From assembly GCA_965113315.1 (NCBI GenBank), contig OZ220372.1: a DNA stretch of 64,000 nt; one strand, 5' to 3'. This document shows, in pieces, positions 39,314-51,849 of the stretch; the stretch's first letter is position 1; each line of letters begins with the position of its first letter. The notes below the pieces were generated by a model. It saw only the letters and a program-made list of their open reading frames with translations, was not told where the DNA came from and searched no databases. Source of the stretch: Podarcis vaucheri. Lineage: Eukaryota. A program made the translations under genes and the position numbers.

Positions 39314-39448
39314 AAGGCATAGGCAAACTCGCCCTCCAGATGTTTTGGGACTACAATTCCCGCCATCCCTAGCTAACAGGACCAGTGGTCAGGGATGATG
39401 GGAGTTGTAGTCCCAAAACATCTGGAGGACCGAGTTTACCTATGCCTG
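39314..39448. mobile_element. Hairpin hAT MITE, 135 bp
   Basis: Almost fully palindromic (ctccagatgttttgggactacaa / ttgtagtcccaaaacatctggag); TSD ATGGTGAC / ATGTTGAC. Confidence 0.88.
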
Positions 39449-42400
39449 ATGTTGACCTTCAACTTCTGAGGGTTGAGGGATTCGTAGTTCATCAGTATCC
39501 AGAGGGCCACAGACTCCCCATCTCTGCAATGTAGACACAGGCCAGGTTGAAGCCTCAGGTGTGAAGCGGGATTGAAAGGTGAAGCCCCAAGTCCCCCCCC
39601 AACTTCCAGGAAAGGTATTTTGGGGTCGCTGCCTTAGTTTGCTCTTCCTTTTGAAAATATGTGCGAAAGTCGTTCCTTCTTATGTCCGTTTCATCAAGAT
39701 AAGCGCAGATATCCCGGGGAGCAAAGATTGAATCCACACGAGGAATATTAGCTCATCTCTCTCTGTTTGGAGAGAGACCTTAGATCCTCGCGCAAATCCG
39801 CATCCCGGGGAGGAAGTCATCAAAAAGCCGAACGTGCTTTGAAATCAACTCGGCTTTTTGCAGGAGGCGAAAGCAGGAAAGCGACCGCTGCCAGGCACAC
39901 TCCCGATTTCCCCTCGTAATCTCTCTCCTGGACGCGACATTGACAGGTTTATGGCGCTCCGCGTTAAAGTCGGCCTCGAACCGCTTTGTGCGCCGAAAAG
40001 CGCGCAGAGCGGCGCGTAATCGCCCTGGTAATCAACGGCTCCTCTAGAGAAGCCTTTGCCGTGGTTTTAAAAAGAAACATTCTCTGTTTTCTAGGCATGT
40101 GTCATGAATGGCAGCTGAGCCAAGCAGCCCCTATGATTACGGCTGGGCGAGTCAGTCGAGGAAATAAAGCGATTGTTGACACCAGGCTTGAGAGCCAAGG
40201 CAGTCTGGGAGCCTCAGCCATGGTCTCGCATTCCTCTCTCCAAATCTGGCACCCCGTATCACGCGCAAAGGTGCTGAGAGGCGGCCTTCGTTTTCTCTGG
40301 CTCAGATGCGTAAGAGCGCAATGTTGCAATGCTGGCGACCTATAGCTGGGAATAAGTCAAGGCGACCTGCTTTTTGCTGCTGTGTAAACAGGATCGGGGT
40401 GCACGTGGTCCAGCTTGGGCTGGGTCGTGCCTCAAATATTTAAAATCTAGCTTCCCACTGGTAACGTGGATTATCCTCACCTCAAGTGCTCAGAGGTTTT
40501 CCACGAAAATGAAAATAGTATATTAGCAGCTTAAAGGGTGCAGGGTGAAAGGAATACGCAGCTAGGTCAATTAGGATCGAAGCTGGTTTGGGGGGAAACG
40601 CATGAAAACTCACTATTTCCTAAGAAACCACAGAATAGGTATAGGCTGGGTAGGAATTGTTGCTAACGTCGTGTATGCAACGCTTCCAAATCCAGGGGTG
40701 GAGGCAGCGCAGTGGAGGCAGAGCAAACGACTTTTCGGCTGCCAAGTTTTGCCCGCTTGTCAGGGAGTAAGTCCCACTGAATTCGCTGGGACTTCGGCGG
40801 CTTTTCTGGGATGCCCTCTCGGTTCCTTCCACGTCTTCGATGATCAAAGAGCTCGGGCGATAGTTGCAATCAGCTGAAAAAGCTATTAGACAAGTGACTG
40901 CAAAGTCCACCAACACCTACACAATGGAACATCCATGTACAGCCGCAGTATACCCGATTGGAGGTGGGCAATCGGGAGGGGTTCGTGCCCTTCCTGTGAC
41001 CTTCGCGGCGCATCTGGAGGACTGCTGTTTGAACCCGAGTGCTGGAGGAGGTCTCCAATCCTACGCACGCTTCCCTCGGAGTAAGTCCCATTGAACCCCA
41101 CTGGGAGTCTTGTTCCTGGGCGAATTGGCCACAGGGTTGGCCTGCAGGTGGACCTTCGGTCTAGTCCTGCAGTGGACAGTTTCACCTTTTCTTCATTTGA
41201 CACTCTCATCTTTTCAGACTCACAATCCGGACTCGGGCAGTGGCTGAAGACTGGAACCATGATGATAGGTCCCTTTTGACTTTATTACAGATCCGACGCG
41301 CGGGGGAGGGAGGGGGAGGGAGGGAGAGAGACAGAGAGAGAGAAACGGTTCGTGCTGGGCAGAGGCTGTCGAGAAAACGGCAGGAGCCTTTTGGACTGGT
41401 GAAGCAGTCGGCCCCAAGTAACGCGCTTACTCTCGGCGTCTTTTGCACGGCTGGAGAGCGTCCAAGCTTTGCTGAGCTGGCCTTCCTCAGCCCGTTTCCC
41501 TCCTCCCGACCTGGGAAAGCGACCTTGGCTTGGAGACTAGACTGCAGAGGCCGATTTCCCCCACCCCGGCAAAAGCGGAGGCTTTGGTCACCCTTTTCCC
41601 AGAGCTAGTCCCGTACTCTGCACCTGGACAACAGCGTAGCAGGATTAGTCCCGGGAAGGTTACTCGGCGAGCCACCTAGAAAACCTGGGTCCATCAAGAC
41701 TTGGACTTTTGCCAGGTGGGGCAAGCCACACGGGGAGCCTCGATCTCTTGAGATCCTTTGCTGCACTTCCAAAGACGACTCGGTGAAGTCGCATCTGGGC
41801 TCCAGGTGATTTTTTAAATTTATTTTTTGGTCGTTTGTTGTTGTAGTAAATTAACAAAAAGGAGGCATCGTGAAATTGGCCATCCTGAAAAGGAGCTTTG
41901 TTAGGGAACCGTGACATTTCAGGATCTTGGCCCAGAGGGAGAATGTTGTGCTCGCCTCCCAAGAGGCTGCGAGGAGCTCCCACATTCCTCCAACGCGACT
42001 CGGACCAATGAGGAGCGCCGCCCTGGCTCTGCTGGCGGAGATCCTAAACCGCTGGCTTGGGAACAAGCTCCAAGCTGATTTCAATGGAATTTATTTCCAA
42101 GTCCGTGTTGTTATTTCCGATCGGGGTGTTCCTGTTGCATATCCAAGACAGGAACACTTCATGCCCATTAGCTATCCCGTAACACGTTTTAAGCAGCCGT
42201 CCATGCTCGCAACTACTGGGTTTTTCTAGACGTCGCCAATGCGTGGCAAAGGGGCGGGATGCGGATTCCAATCCGCCTTAAGGGCTTTGGCTACGGAGCC
42301 CCACAGTGCTATTTACGCACAACAAATTAACACCCGAAATAAACCTCTGTGTTTGCAATCAACGTCTTCCAGGAATTAGATTTGTGCCTAGAAATTCTAG

Positions 42401-44101
42401 AAAAGAAGACAGTCGGACGCGCCACTAATATGCCCCCAAACACCAACAATTATTGCCAGTGGGATTTATATCTTACTAAAAAGTTTTCAAGGCCGAAGTA
42501 CGCGGACTAACTGAAGTGATGCTGAACTCACTTATTTGGAAGTAAGATCTTTTCAAAGCAGCTGAGCATATTTGCAAATAAACCTGCGTATTGTTAGATA
42601 TATGCCCACTGAAGTCGAGGGTAAAGACTCTCTTTAAATCCCTGGAAATTTATCAGTTTAACTGTGCTATGGATGAAATCGGGAAAAGTGGATCGCAGCG
42701 GCCTTTGCCGTTTTTCGCAACTGGATCATGCGCCTCTTTACTCGTTTGAGTTTAGGATCAAAGCAGACCGACAAATCCAGTTAGTTGCGCCATATATAGC
42801 CATATATATCCGATGAACAAATCAATAAATACGTCCAAATATATTTTATACCACCAATAAAATTTAATAACTTACAATTCATTGGAATTTAGTATTTCAG
42901 GAAGTACTTTTTCTCACCAAGCGAACTTGGTGACAGAGACACCCCCCCCCACTGGGTTCAATAAGCAAATGTATTTAATGTATTTAAGGTTGCAGCCTAA
43001 ATTATCCTCTCCGTACATACACAACCCAGTTCAGTCAGTTTTGAACTCTAAACATCCAAATATTTCGGCTTAATCCACGAAAGTCCCCTTTGTTCCTCAG
43101 GCCTCCTTGCCCTTGTTCCCAAAATGTCCTTTGGGTTTGAAGAATCCTGTATTGTTTGAATAACAGGGGTTTTGTTTTTTGTTTGTTTTGTTGTTTAAAT
43201 CCATTTTAATATTGTAATAAAAGGAGCAAGCTCTGTGGTGGAACCTAAACAAGCGGAGAAGGTGCTAACCCACCTGAAACTGGTGACACAACCAACGTGC
43301 TGTTTAATTGTAGGAGCGTTTTTGTCATTGTTTGGACAAGTCGATCAAGTTCAACGGCAGATTGGCTGCTGACTTCCACGTCTAATTCGCTGGCTTATTT
43401 CGGGACCCGTTTGGAAAAGGAGCATTTAAAAATATCCACCCGTCTTCCTTGGTCATGCTCAGTCCCTTCTCCGCGGATAATCGCAGGCTTACGTTCTAGC
43501 AAACCGCCGGTAACGAGAAATGAGCGCTTTCCCCGGAGTTCGCCTTCAATGAAACAAGAAAAGAGGAGAGCTGTACGCGCGCATTTTCAGTTCCATAAAT
43601 ACTCGCGCCACCCTGGAAAGGCAAGGCAATAAAATCAGTTCCTTGTCTGTAAGGAATAAGTCGAGGGGAAGGAGATGCTAAGCAGACAGGGCTAAAACTA
43701 TAGCCAGAATGCTAACCAGGATGCTAACCTTGCTGCTCAAGAAAAGAGTCGTTGGAAGAGAAAAGGGAGGAGGGCGCCGGCTGGGAACGCATTTTAGGAA
43801 ATTGACACCAAAGAGTGCCTGGGAAAGGCACCTTGTCAGTTTCATACAAAGCATAGCCACAGAACACCTTAACAGCTAGAAACTATAGACTTTTCTTTAA
43901 AGCTGCAAGCTTGCTAGGAATTGCTCCTAAAGGCAGGAGAATGTTCTCAGATAGCAAGGCTGCGCGAATATGGAGGAGGGGCGGGTAACGGTTGACCCTA
44001 AAAAACCGGTATGATCCTCCCCATATGTTCTGCTCTGATCAAGACGACTTGCCCTTGAAAGTACAGTTAACTTTTCTGGTGGTGGGAGGAAATTCGGTGC
44101 A

Positions 44102-44134
<33 letters not shown>
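44102..44134. repeat. (ATT)n microsatellite
   Basis: Direct reading. Confidence 0.95.
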
Positions 44135-44137
<3 letters not shown>

Positions 44138-44279
44138 CGAGAGCTACGTTGCTGATCAGACGATTCTCCCTGGGAAGCTCAGCTGTTGAGAAGAGGGCTC
44201 GTAGGCTGGAGCATATGCTACAGAGAGAGGCAGTGACTTCCTTCTGACAACAACAACTTTTGCTCACCTGGGAAAGAGG

Positions 44280-44686
44280 TCCCTATGGGACGCAAGCCCC
44301 CTACGGTGCCCCCCTAGGCTGCCCGGCTGCCTTGCCCTCCCTCTCTCCTCCTTGCTTCCTGTTCCGTTTCCCTCTCACGCGCAGTGCGGATCTTTCGCCC
44401 TTTCTTTCAAACAACCTTTTTCTCGAGCCCGTTTGTCGCCTACAGGAGTCCTCCGCCTTCCCTTCTCCACTTGCCCCCCGCTCCCCTAGCGCGAGGGTCC
44501 TTTCTTTTCCCCTCAGAGCATTAGCTCAGTCGATGGCCATCTCCAAGCGCGCCTAATCGTGGCGGACCTGCGAGCTGAAAGGCTGACGACGCAGCGCAGC
44601 AGCTGCGCTTTTCAGCGCACTCAGATCCGCGCCCCGAGCCCTCCGCCGGCCTCGGGAGCAGGGGAGGCCGTTTGTCCGGGAAGTCT

Positions 44687-44733
<47 letters not shown>

Positions 44734-46700
44734 GGTTATCTCAGGGGACTGTCTCTCTCCCCTTGCGCACACACTCCCCCTGGCCAAGAGCCGTCTTGCG
44801 ATCGAGCCGACACCCTCTCGCAGCCGGTTCAGGGACGGCACCATCTCGCGAAACACAGCGAGACATCTGCAGCCCGGCCCGTATAAAAAAAACGAAAAAA
44901 AAAACGCGCGGGGTTGGGTTGGGTGGGGGTCTGGCTGGTTGCCTGTCTAGCCGCGGGAATCCGTCCTGAAAAAAGAAGCTTTTCAGAGCGATCTCACCTC
45001 CAGGCTCCTCTTGGGAAAGGAAGCCGCCCCGGCTCGCCTCTCTTTGCAAGAGATCTTCTGATCCCGCTTTGCGCATCTCCAGGCTGCGAGAAATGGACAT
45101 CAATGGCCTCCGCTTGCCTGTTGGGACCCTTTGGGGACATAGATGGAGCAAAGCCAGAGAAAAAAGAAAATAAATGTGGGGTGGGTTTTTTTGAAGGGTG
45201 GGGGGCAAGCAGCTTAGGTCCGGGGCTGATCCGTCCACCCCAATACAGCCAGAGGATATTTCCCCCCTTTCCTTCGTAGCCCCCCTCTCCCTGGTGCAGA
45301 GGATCTTGTTTCTGCGCTACAAAGTCTCCCTCCCCGGCTGTACACCCGCGCGGCCCGATCTTATCAAGAGCCGAGGCCTATAAATCAGGGGAGCTCGTCT
45401 GGCGATGATGGGGGCGCGGGGAGAGTTTTATAGCATCAGATCCTGGGCGAAGCACAAACTGGGAACGATAGAGCGGGGTGGGGGCTCAAACACGCGCGCA
45501 CACGCGCGCAGGAGGGCGGAAAGGGGCGACCAGCCAAGTGAAACTGACCAGAGGGAGCCTTGTATCCGTTCTGTTTTTGACTGGGGGACGCGAAAGGGAA
45601 ATCCCATCCGGGAAGCAGAGCGCGCAGAGCGCAGGCCGTGGAGAGCCGAAGAAGAGCCCGGAGGCCGCCCCTGGGCCCAGGCCCCGTTTGAACCACGTCC
45701 TCTCGCTCGTCCCGGCGGTCCCGGGGAGCCTATCTTGTGTGGCGGCGCTGAAAGCTGCGGCTGAAAGCCGATTCTCTCCCTCTCTTTCTCTCTCCACCGC
45801 CCCCCGCCCTGCGCAATCCCCTTTCCTTCCTCCCCTGCAGTTTTTGCTAGCTGACTGCCTTGGCTTGTATTGGGAGAAGGGGCGCGCCGCGACTGCAGCA
45901 GACCCGCACGTGGCTTTCATTTAGGAGACACCGAGCAAGCCAGCAACTCGCTGCGCCGAGCGCGCTTTCTCTCGGATACCTTCTCCTAGCTCCCTGGCAA
46001 GGCGAGGCCGAGGGGCCCCAAGGATGGCCGAAGGGCCGGGGATCTTCAAGCCGGGAGAAAGAGGAGGAGGAGTTCAGCAAAGGCCGATTGGAGCTCCTGA
46101 CTCGGCGTAAGATCAACGCCTCCAAAACAAAACAAAAAACACACACTATTATTTTGTGCGCCGTGTGTGGCTTTCTTGCTGCAGTCCCAACTGCTAGATC
46201 TCTTTCATATCTGATTCTTTTTTTCCTTCCTTTCTCGATCAGGAATTTTCACAGTGGAAGAAGGCATTCTTCAACCTCACCTCTCCTAAACACGCCGACT
46301 TGGAATGAAGCCCGCCAACCCACCTCCCCACCCCCGTTCCCCGGTTGCAATTATTTCTGTCCTGCACACGGAAGCAGCTAGCTTCTGGTCGTAAGCCCGA
46401 CTAGGTGTGTAGAAAGGGTTGGGCTTTGGGAAGTCAAGCGTTGCCAGCGGCTGGGATACAGATATCGATCTGCACACCATTCAAAGCGGTAGTGTAAAAT
46501 GGTTTGTGTGTTTGCGTGAGCGCTCTCTCTCTCACACACACACACCCCACCACCCAATGAAAACCTCCGTTGGAGAATGTCCAGTACAGACACTAGCAGG
46601 AGCCGACGGGCTAATGCTCAGGGCGCCTCGCACCTTGAGCCAATGGCAACGTTACCATGTGCTGAAATAGACCTCGAAATCCTGTAATAATCTCCGGAAA
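44280..46700. promoter_or_regulatory. Second CpG island 2.4-4.8 kb upstream of the ALX1 ATG
   Basis: Dense CGCG/GCGC runs and high GC; boundaries approximate. Confidence 0.8.
44690..44731. repeat. (TC)n microsatellite within the upstream CpG island
   Basis: Direct reading. Confidence 0.95.
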
Positions 46701-46734
46701 ATGGCAATTGTTTATAGTTTCATAAAAGACTGAA

Positions 46735-46749
46735 TAATTATTATTATTA

Positions 46750-46788
<39 letters not shown>
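46735..46788. repeat. (ATT)n microsatellite
   Basis: Direct reading. Confidence 0.95.
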
Positions 46789-46790
<2 letters not shown>

Positions 46791-48999
46791 ACACAAGGCA
46801 CGCAAACCTGTTCTACAATCCACCTCCTGCGCGAAATCCACTGCAATGATGGATCCGAATGGGGGCTATGAAGGAAGAATTATTTATAGGATGATTGTGG
46901 CCATTTCTGCTGGTGGATCATAATGATCCCCTAATGCGGGTCACATTATATTGGTTTATATTGGTCATTTCATTAGAATGGTGTAACAAAAGCAAAGCAA
47001 AACATAAGCAAACCTGCCCTGAGGACTTTACAATATTGATCCCCCCCCCATTTTAAGTACATTGCCTTGGATTTCTATGCGAGGAAGCTTGAGATGGACG
47101 TAATCAGTGCCACCGACCCGCGGCGTTTCTGATACCCGCTTAAAACGAACCAAACAAAATACAGTACTCCAGCGACTTCCAATGAGGAAAGCAGCCTCGG
47201 TTATTTATTTAACCTCAGTCCCTATGAAAGAGGGCGACGGAGAAAGACAGAGACATAGAGAGAGATCTCGGCAGGTCGAACCCATCGATTCTGCGCTGCA
47301 AGAAACGTTCCAGATAGGAGTCCAGGCTGCTAAGAAAGCCCGCAGGGAGACGAAGCGTCACACGATTCCGACGATCATTTGACACGCAAAAGATCCGTGC
47401 TGGCAGATTAATTATTGACGGGGGGGGGCGGGTTGGGTAGGGAAGGAAAGGAGAAAAGGAAAGGGCGCAGCACTGGAATGTCAGCCCTCTCCTAGCAGAC
47501 ACTTCTGAAAAGAAAGAACAAGGGTTAATATTGGACAAGGTTGTTTTATAGATGAACGATTGTCAGAATTATGTGCATTTCCTAGCAATAAATAATAAAA
47601 CACTTTGGAGGCATTTTGTGTGTGATGGGGGGGGGGGGAGAATGAGCTTTCCTACTTGCCCATATCTTAAATCAATTGGTTAACCTTTAAGGTACCACAG
47701 GACTCTTCAATGTCTTGGCTGCAACGCAATAAAACAGCTAATAAGAATTAATAGTAATTAAAAAATCGGTACATAAAGTGGTTAACAATTTCCTGCTGAA
47801 AACCCTGATGCACACGCATGCTTGAAATATATCATATCTCAACATGAAACACACATGTGAGCCGATTTAAAAATATATATTTAATATAAGAAAAATGCCT
47901 CCGCCTTTTGGTTGACGGAGCCCTGCTATAAAGAATAAAGAACAGTATTTAAACTTTGGGGGTGCTCCTTCCCCTCCTCCTCAAACTATCCGGATCAAAC
48001 TGTTGCTTTCTATTGCTTACTTTGAAATAGTCCCTTTGAAGCCAACGGAGCTCCTCTGGAGTCAGTGACTTGAAAACGCGTAGTAGTCCATTGCAGTCCT
48101 CAACGTGTTTCCTCGCGAGGAAGCAAACGCCAAGGATTCTTCTCCGGCAGGCTTACACGTAGGCCGAGTCCTAAAAACGTTTCCTCGGAAGTAGAGAATA
48201 TATTGCAGCCTTGTATGGAAATCAGACCTGTTGAGGGGATCGCTGCCCCACAGCAAACGCCTATGGGACCCGGAGTTGGAAATGCGGATGTAATGAGACC
48301 AAGGGCAACTTACTTCCGAGTTAAAGGCGCTTCGCTCCTTCGGGGATGGTGACTTTCCGACTTTATTTCTCCGCATCCTTGAAACCCGGACTTTCCAGAC
48401 GCTGTTGGCAATTATTACCCTTCTTCACCGTTCTCGCACCCAGCCAGGACCCCTTTCGGTTCTCTTGGCGATTCCCACACAGGTCCCCCGCCCCGAAGTG
48501 TAACTCCCCGGAGCTGGCCCTGCAGTTTGGCAACGCGTCGCGGGACCCCCCCCCCACCTTTTCTTCCTCTTTTCGTCCAGAGACCGCGGCGGGACACCCT
48601 CCCATCCCGCCTCCTCCGCCACGCTCCTCGACCTTCCCAGCGCTCCAGATCGCTTGCCCGTTTCCTGCTGCCCGTTCATACGGGCCGAAAGCAGACCAGA
48701 GTCCCTCCGGATCGCGGCGGCGTCGCGGGCGAGGGAGGGGGAGAAGGCAGGAAGAAGGCAGGGGGTGGGGGAAGACGCCTCTCGACTTGCAGAAGTCAGG
48801 GCGAAATGTGAGTTGGCTGCGGTTGGCCAGGGACTCTTCTCCGACCCCCCTCCCTCCATCATTCGCTTGTCTACCCATCCGCTGTGGGCCGCCGAGGTTG
48901 TGGCGGGGAGTGGAGAGCGAGGGGGCCAGAGACGGGGTGGAGCCAGCGGAGGCCGCAGTTTGGAAAGGTTGCGCAAGAAGCCCCCGCTGCGCTTCAAGA

Positions 49000-49007
49000 T
49001 ATAAAAG
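49000..49007 (+). promoter_or_regulatory. ALX1 TATA box (TATAAAAG)
   Basis: Consensus TATA in very GC-rich sequence, 115 nt upstream of the ATG. Confidence 0.65.
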
Positions 49008-49114
49008 CGCCGTCGAGGCGCCTCCGCCGCAGCACCAGCGACTGCAAGAGCAGCAGCAGCAACAGCAGCAGCGACGACGACTGGCCAGGCGCGACCGCGG
49101 CTCCGTCGAGGATT

Positions 49115-49337
49115 ATGGAGTTCCTGAGCGACAAATTCGGCCTCAAGAGCCCCCCGGCGGCGGCGGGCAAAGGAGGCGACTTCTACCTGGCCTCCGGGGG
49201 CCCCCTCGAGCACGTAATGGAAGCGCTGGACGGCGGAGAGGCCTTCTATGGCAAAGGCGGAGGCAAATGCGTTGCCCAGGCCGCCTATAACCCGCACGCC
49301 AGGCTGGACAGGGCGTCCCCGGGCAGGGACGGCTCTG
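49115..49337 (+). CDS. ALX1: ALX1 exon 1 CDS: [74 protein letters not shown](V)
   Basis: ATG in strong context (attATGG). N-terminus matches ALX1 [26 protein letters not shown]. Donor TCTG|gtgagt; 223 nt, phase 1. Confidence 0.96.
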
Positions 49338-51849
49338 GTGAGTGAAGGGCTGGCCGGCACCGCGGCAGGCAGTCCGCCCGCACTGAGGCCCAGGATCTGG
49401 GGCGAGTGTGCGAGGTGCGGGGTGGGGAGAGGGTGTCCGAAAAGCCGTCCGGGATCCGCTGCTTGGAGCGGCTCTCCTCCGGAAAGGGGTGGCTTGGCCT
49501 TCTGTGTAAACGGGATCCGGGTCGGCGAAGCGAAGCGGGTTCTTTTGGGCGTCTGCATGCAGAATGTTTTTGGAAAACTGATTTTTTTTGGGGGGGAGGG
49601 TGGGCAGTTTTCTCCTCTCCAGCAAAGCTCCCCACATACACGCACGCACGCACAGCAGGGCGGACAAGATTGTGGCCCAATCCACCGCAGATTTGGAGTG
49701 TTCTTCTCGGGAGAACACCCCCTCTTTTTGATCTCAGAAGAATCTGGGGCGCAAACGCGGTTTCCTAAAAGGTGATGGCGCCTTGGAGGCACCTCGAGCG
49801 GGGACGCTTCTCACTTTGTGGAGAAGCTTCGCCAAAGACGGTCGCCACCTTAGTTATAGAATTTAGATTAGCTTCTCCGCAATCCAAACAGCCCTGGCCA
49901 GCTAGAAACATCCCGATCCGAGGACTTGGAAGCCCGCAAAAACCGGATAGCTATAACCGGTTTCCTTCGGGCAGGAGAGTGTTTTTAGACGGGCCGCTCA
50001 TTAAATGATGAAAACAAGATAAAAGTTGACAATGTGAAGGTGATGCTCCTCTTCTGTTGCATTCCGATTTGACTTTAACTGACGCCCGTGCCTCTATCAG
50101 AAGTTGCGGCAGACGCCAAGATCCAACGTCAATTCAGCCCACCAGCAGCCGGCTGATTTGCAAAGAGGATTTTACCTTCCGACGGCCTCGGGCTTTTCTT
50201 CTTCCTCTTCTTCCCCTTTTAAAGTCCTCCTTCGGGTGTCACACAGCTTGGAGGCGTTCAGCTGCCCTTGCTTTTCTAGTTGTTGTTTTTTGTTTTTGTT
50301 TTGTTTTTGCCAAGGGCTTTTTTACTCGTGAGCTCTGAAGCTGAGTCCCGCAGGACCTCAAATCCGCTTCCCCGCTCACCCCTGTCTTTAGGGATATGAG
50401 AAAGAAGGTAGCCCCAAAGTCAGCATTTCAAAAAGAAAACACTCCCCCGACTCCTTTCCTTCTCCGTCTCTTCCCTGAAAGCCAAATCTGTGGAAGGATT
50501 TACAGCCGGAGTCTGGGAGGAGAAGGAGGGACCATAACGCAAAACAGAGAGAGGAACCGCGGAAGGACGCACATTTTGGTCTTGCCCTGCTATAGATTAA
50601 AATGGGCATTTAACTTTGCGCGTGTATGTGCTTATATATATAGAAAGAGAGAGAGTTTGCAAAGGCTTTTGCCTACTACTCTTATTACTCCTACTACTAT
50701 TAATAGTACCCCACCCATCTATCTGAGTTGCCCCAGACCCTCTGGGCGGCTTCCAAGATATTTAAAACACAATAAAACATTACACTACACTAATGCCTTT
50801 ATCTATCTAGTGTGCGAATGCGTTTACCCAAGTATTATCTTGATCATCTTCTAAATCCGCCTGTCATTTATCGGTTTTAAGCATATGTAATAATAAAAGT
50901 TGGAAACATAAACGGATAAATTAATATTCTCATCATATAGACTAAATTATAACGACAGGCAAAACGGCGGCGCGCAGTTTAATTGCACAACAGAAGGAAA
51001 TAAGGAAGACATTTAACTGTCAGCAACAGAAAAAGTAACAGCCAGGTATCGCAGGGAGTCGCGAATAAGCCAAAATGATCCTTCGGGAGCGGCTAAAATG
51101 TCCCAAAGCAACGAGAGAGCTCTAATGAGTGTGTATGTTCATTATGAATGCTATTAGGTATATCAGATCATTTTATATTTTTATGCTATTACTGAGGAAA
51201 TTGGAAGCCGAAATGTTTAACTGCCCGACTTACACTCCCCCTCAGCCAAATATTAATATACATATTTTCCCCTGATCGGCTGCATTTATCCAGGATCCGG
51301 AGTGTATTTGAATGCAGCACAATTTTTCTGATATTCTCTCACACTACATTATAGCGACAATATTCTGTCATATCCGATCCACAATCCGGTTAAACCACAG
51401 TGCTCGAATCTGACTCCAATGGTTTTAAATTCAAATATTATATCTGCTTTTTGGAGATCAGTCGCCCGCCCTCCCATCTTTGTGCGATGCTAGTTTCTTT
51501 ACTTTAGACTTTTCTTGACAGAAAACAAAAGAAACGAATAGACAAACAAAAACTACTATGGAAGGAGCAAGTAGGGGACTGCTTTCTCCCAAAATTCCGC
51601 CGGCCCATTTTACCCTTTCGCTTAATTTTCTACTCACCGGAAGTGCTGGCTAAGTTTGTTGGAACATCTGGTCGTGTCTGTAGAAACCCTCCAGTCTGCC
51701 AGAGCTCCAGAAAAACGCGAGATCACAAACCAAAATGCCAATCCACACAAATGTTCAGATCGTTCTTGGTCAGTTTCCTGCTCTTCCTCACCGTCTGAAA
51801 TGATGGTAACAGTCCTACAAAATATGCAAGCCATTACATTTGGTAATAC

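Larger units (their letters stand above)
48300..50350. promoter_or_regulatory. CpG island over the ALX1 promoter and exon 1
   Basis: Very high GC and CpG density by inspection; boundaries approximate. Confidence 0.9.

Noticed and set aside
32600-43000. Recurring palindromic repeats as a CRISPR-like array
   Set aside because: Irregular spacing, degenerate copies, vertebrate context and no cas genes; they are dispersed MITE-like relics.
44260-46670. Cluster of 100-170 aa ORFs
   Set aside because: CpG island and microsatellite artefacts (SLSLSL runs); no recognisable domain.
48884-49114. In-frame upstream extension of ALX1 from a GTG
   Set aside because: It spans the TATA box, so it is probably mostly untranscribed. 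The known N-terminus MEFLS starts at 49115 in good context.
48346-49792. Long overlapping ORFs on both strands (314, 455, 191 and 175 aa)
   Set aside because: Stop-codon scarcity in a very GC-rich island; low-complexity R/P/G/A peptides. Only the frame from ATG 49115 matches a protein.
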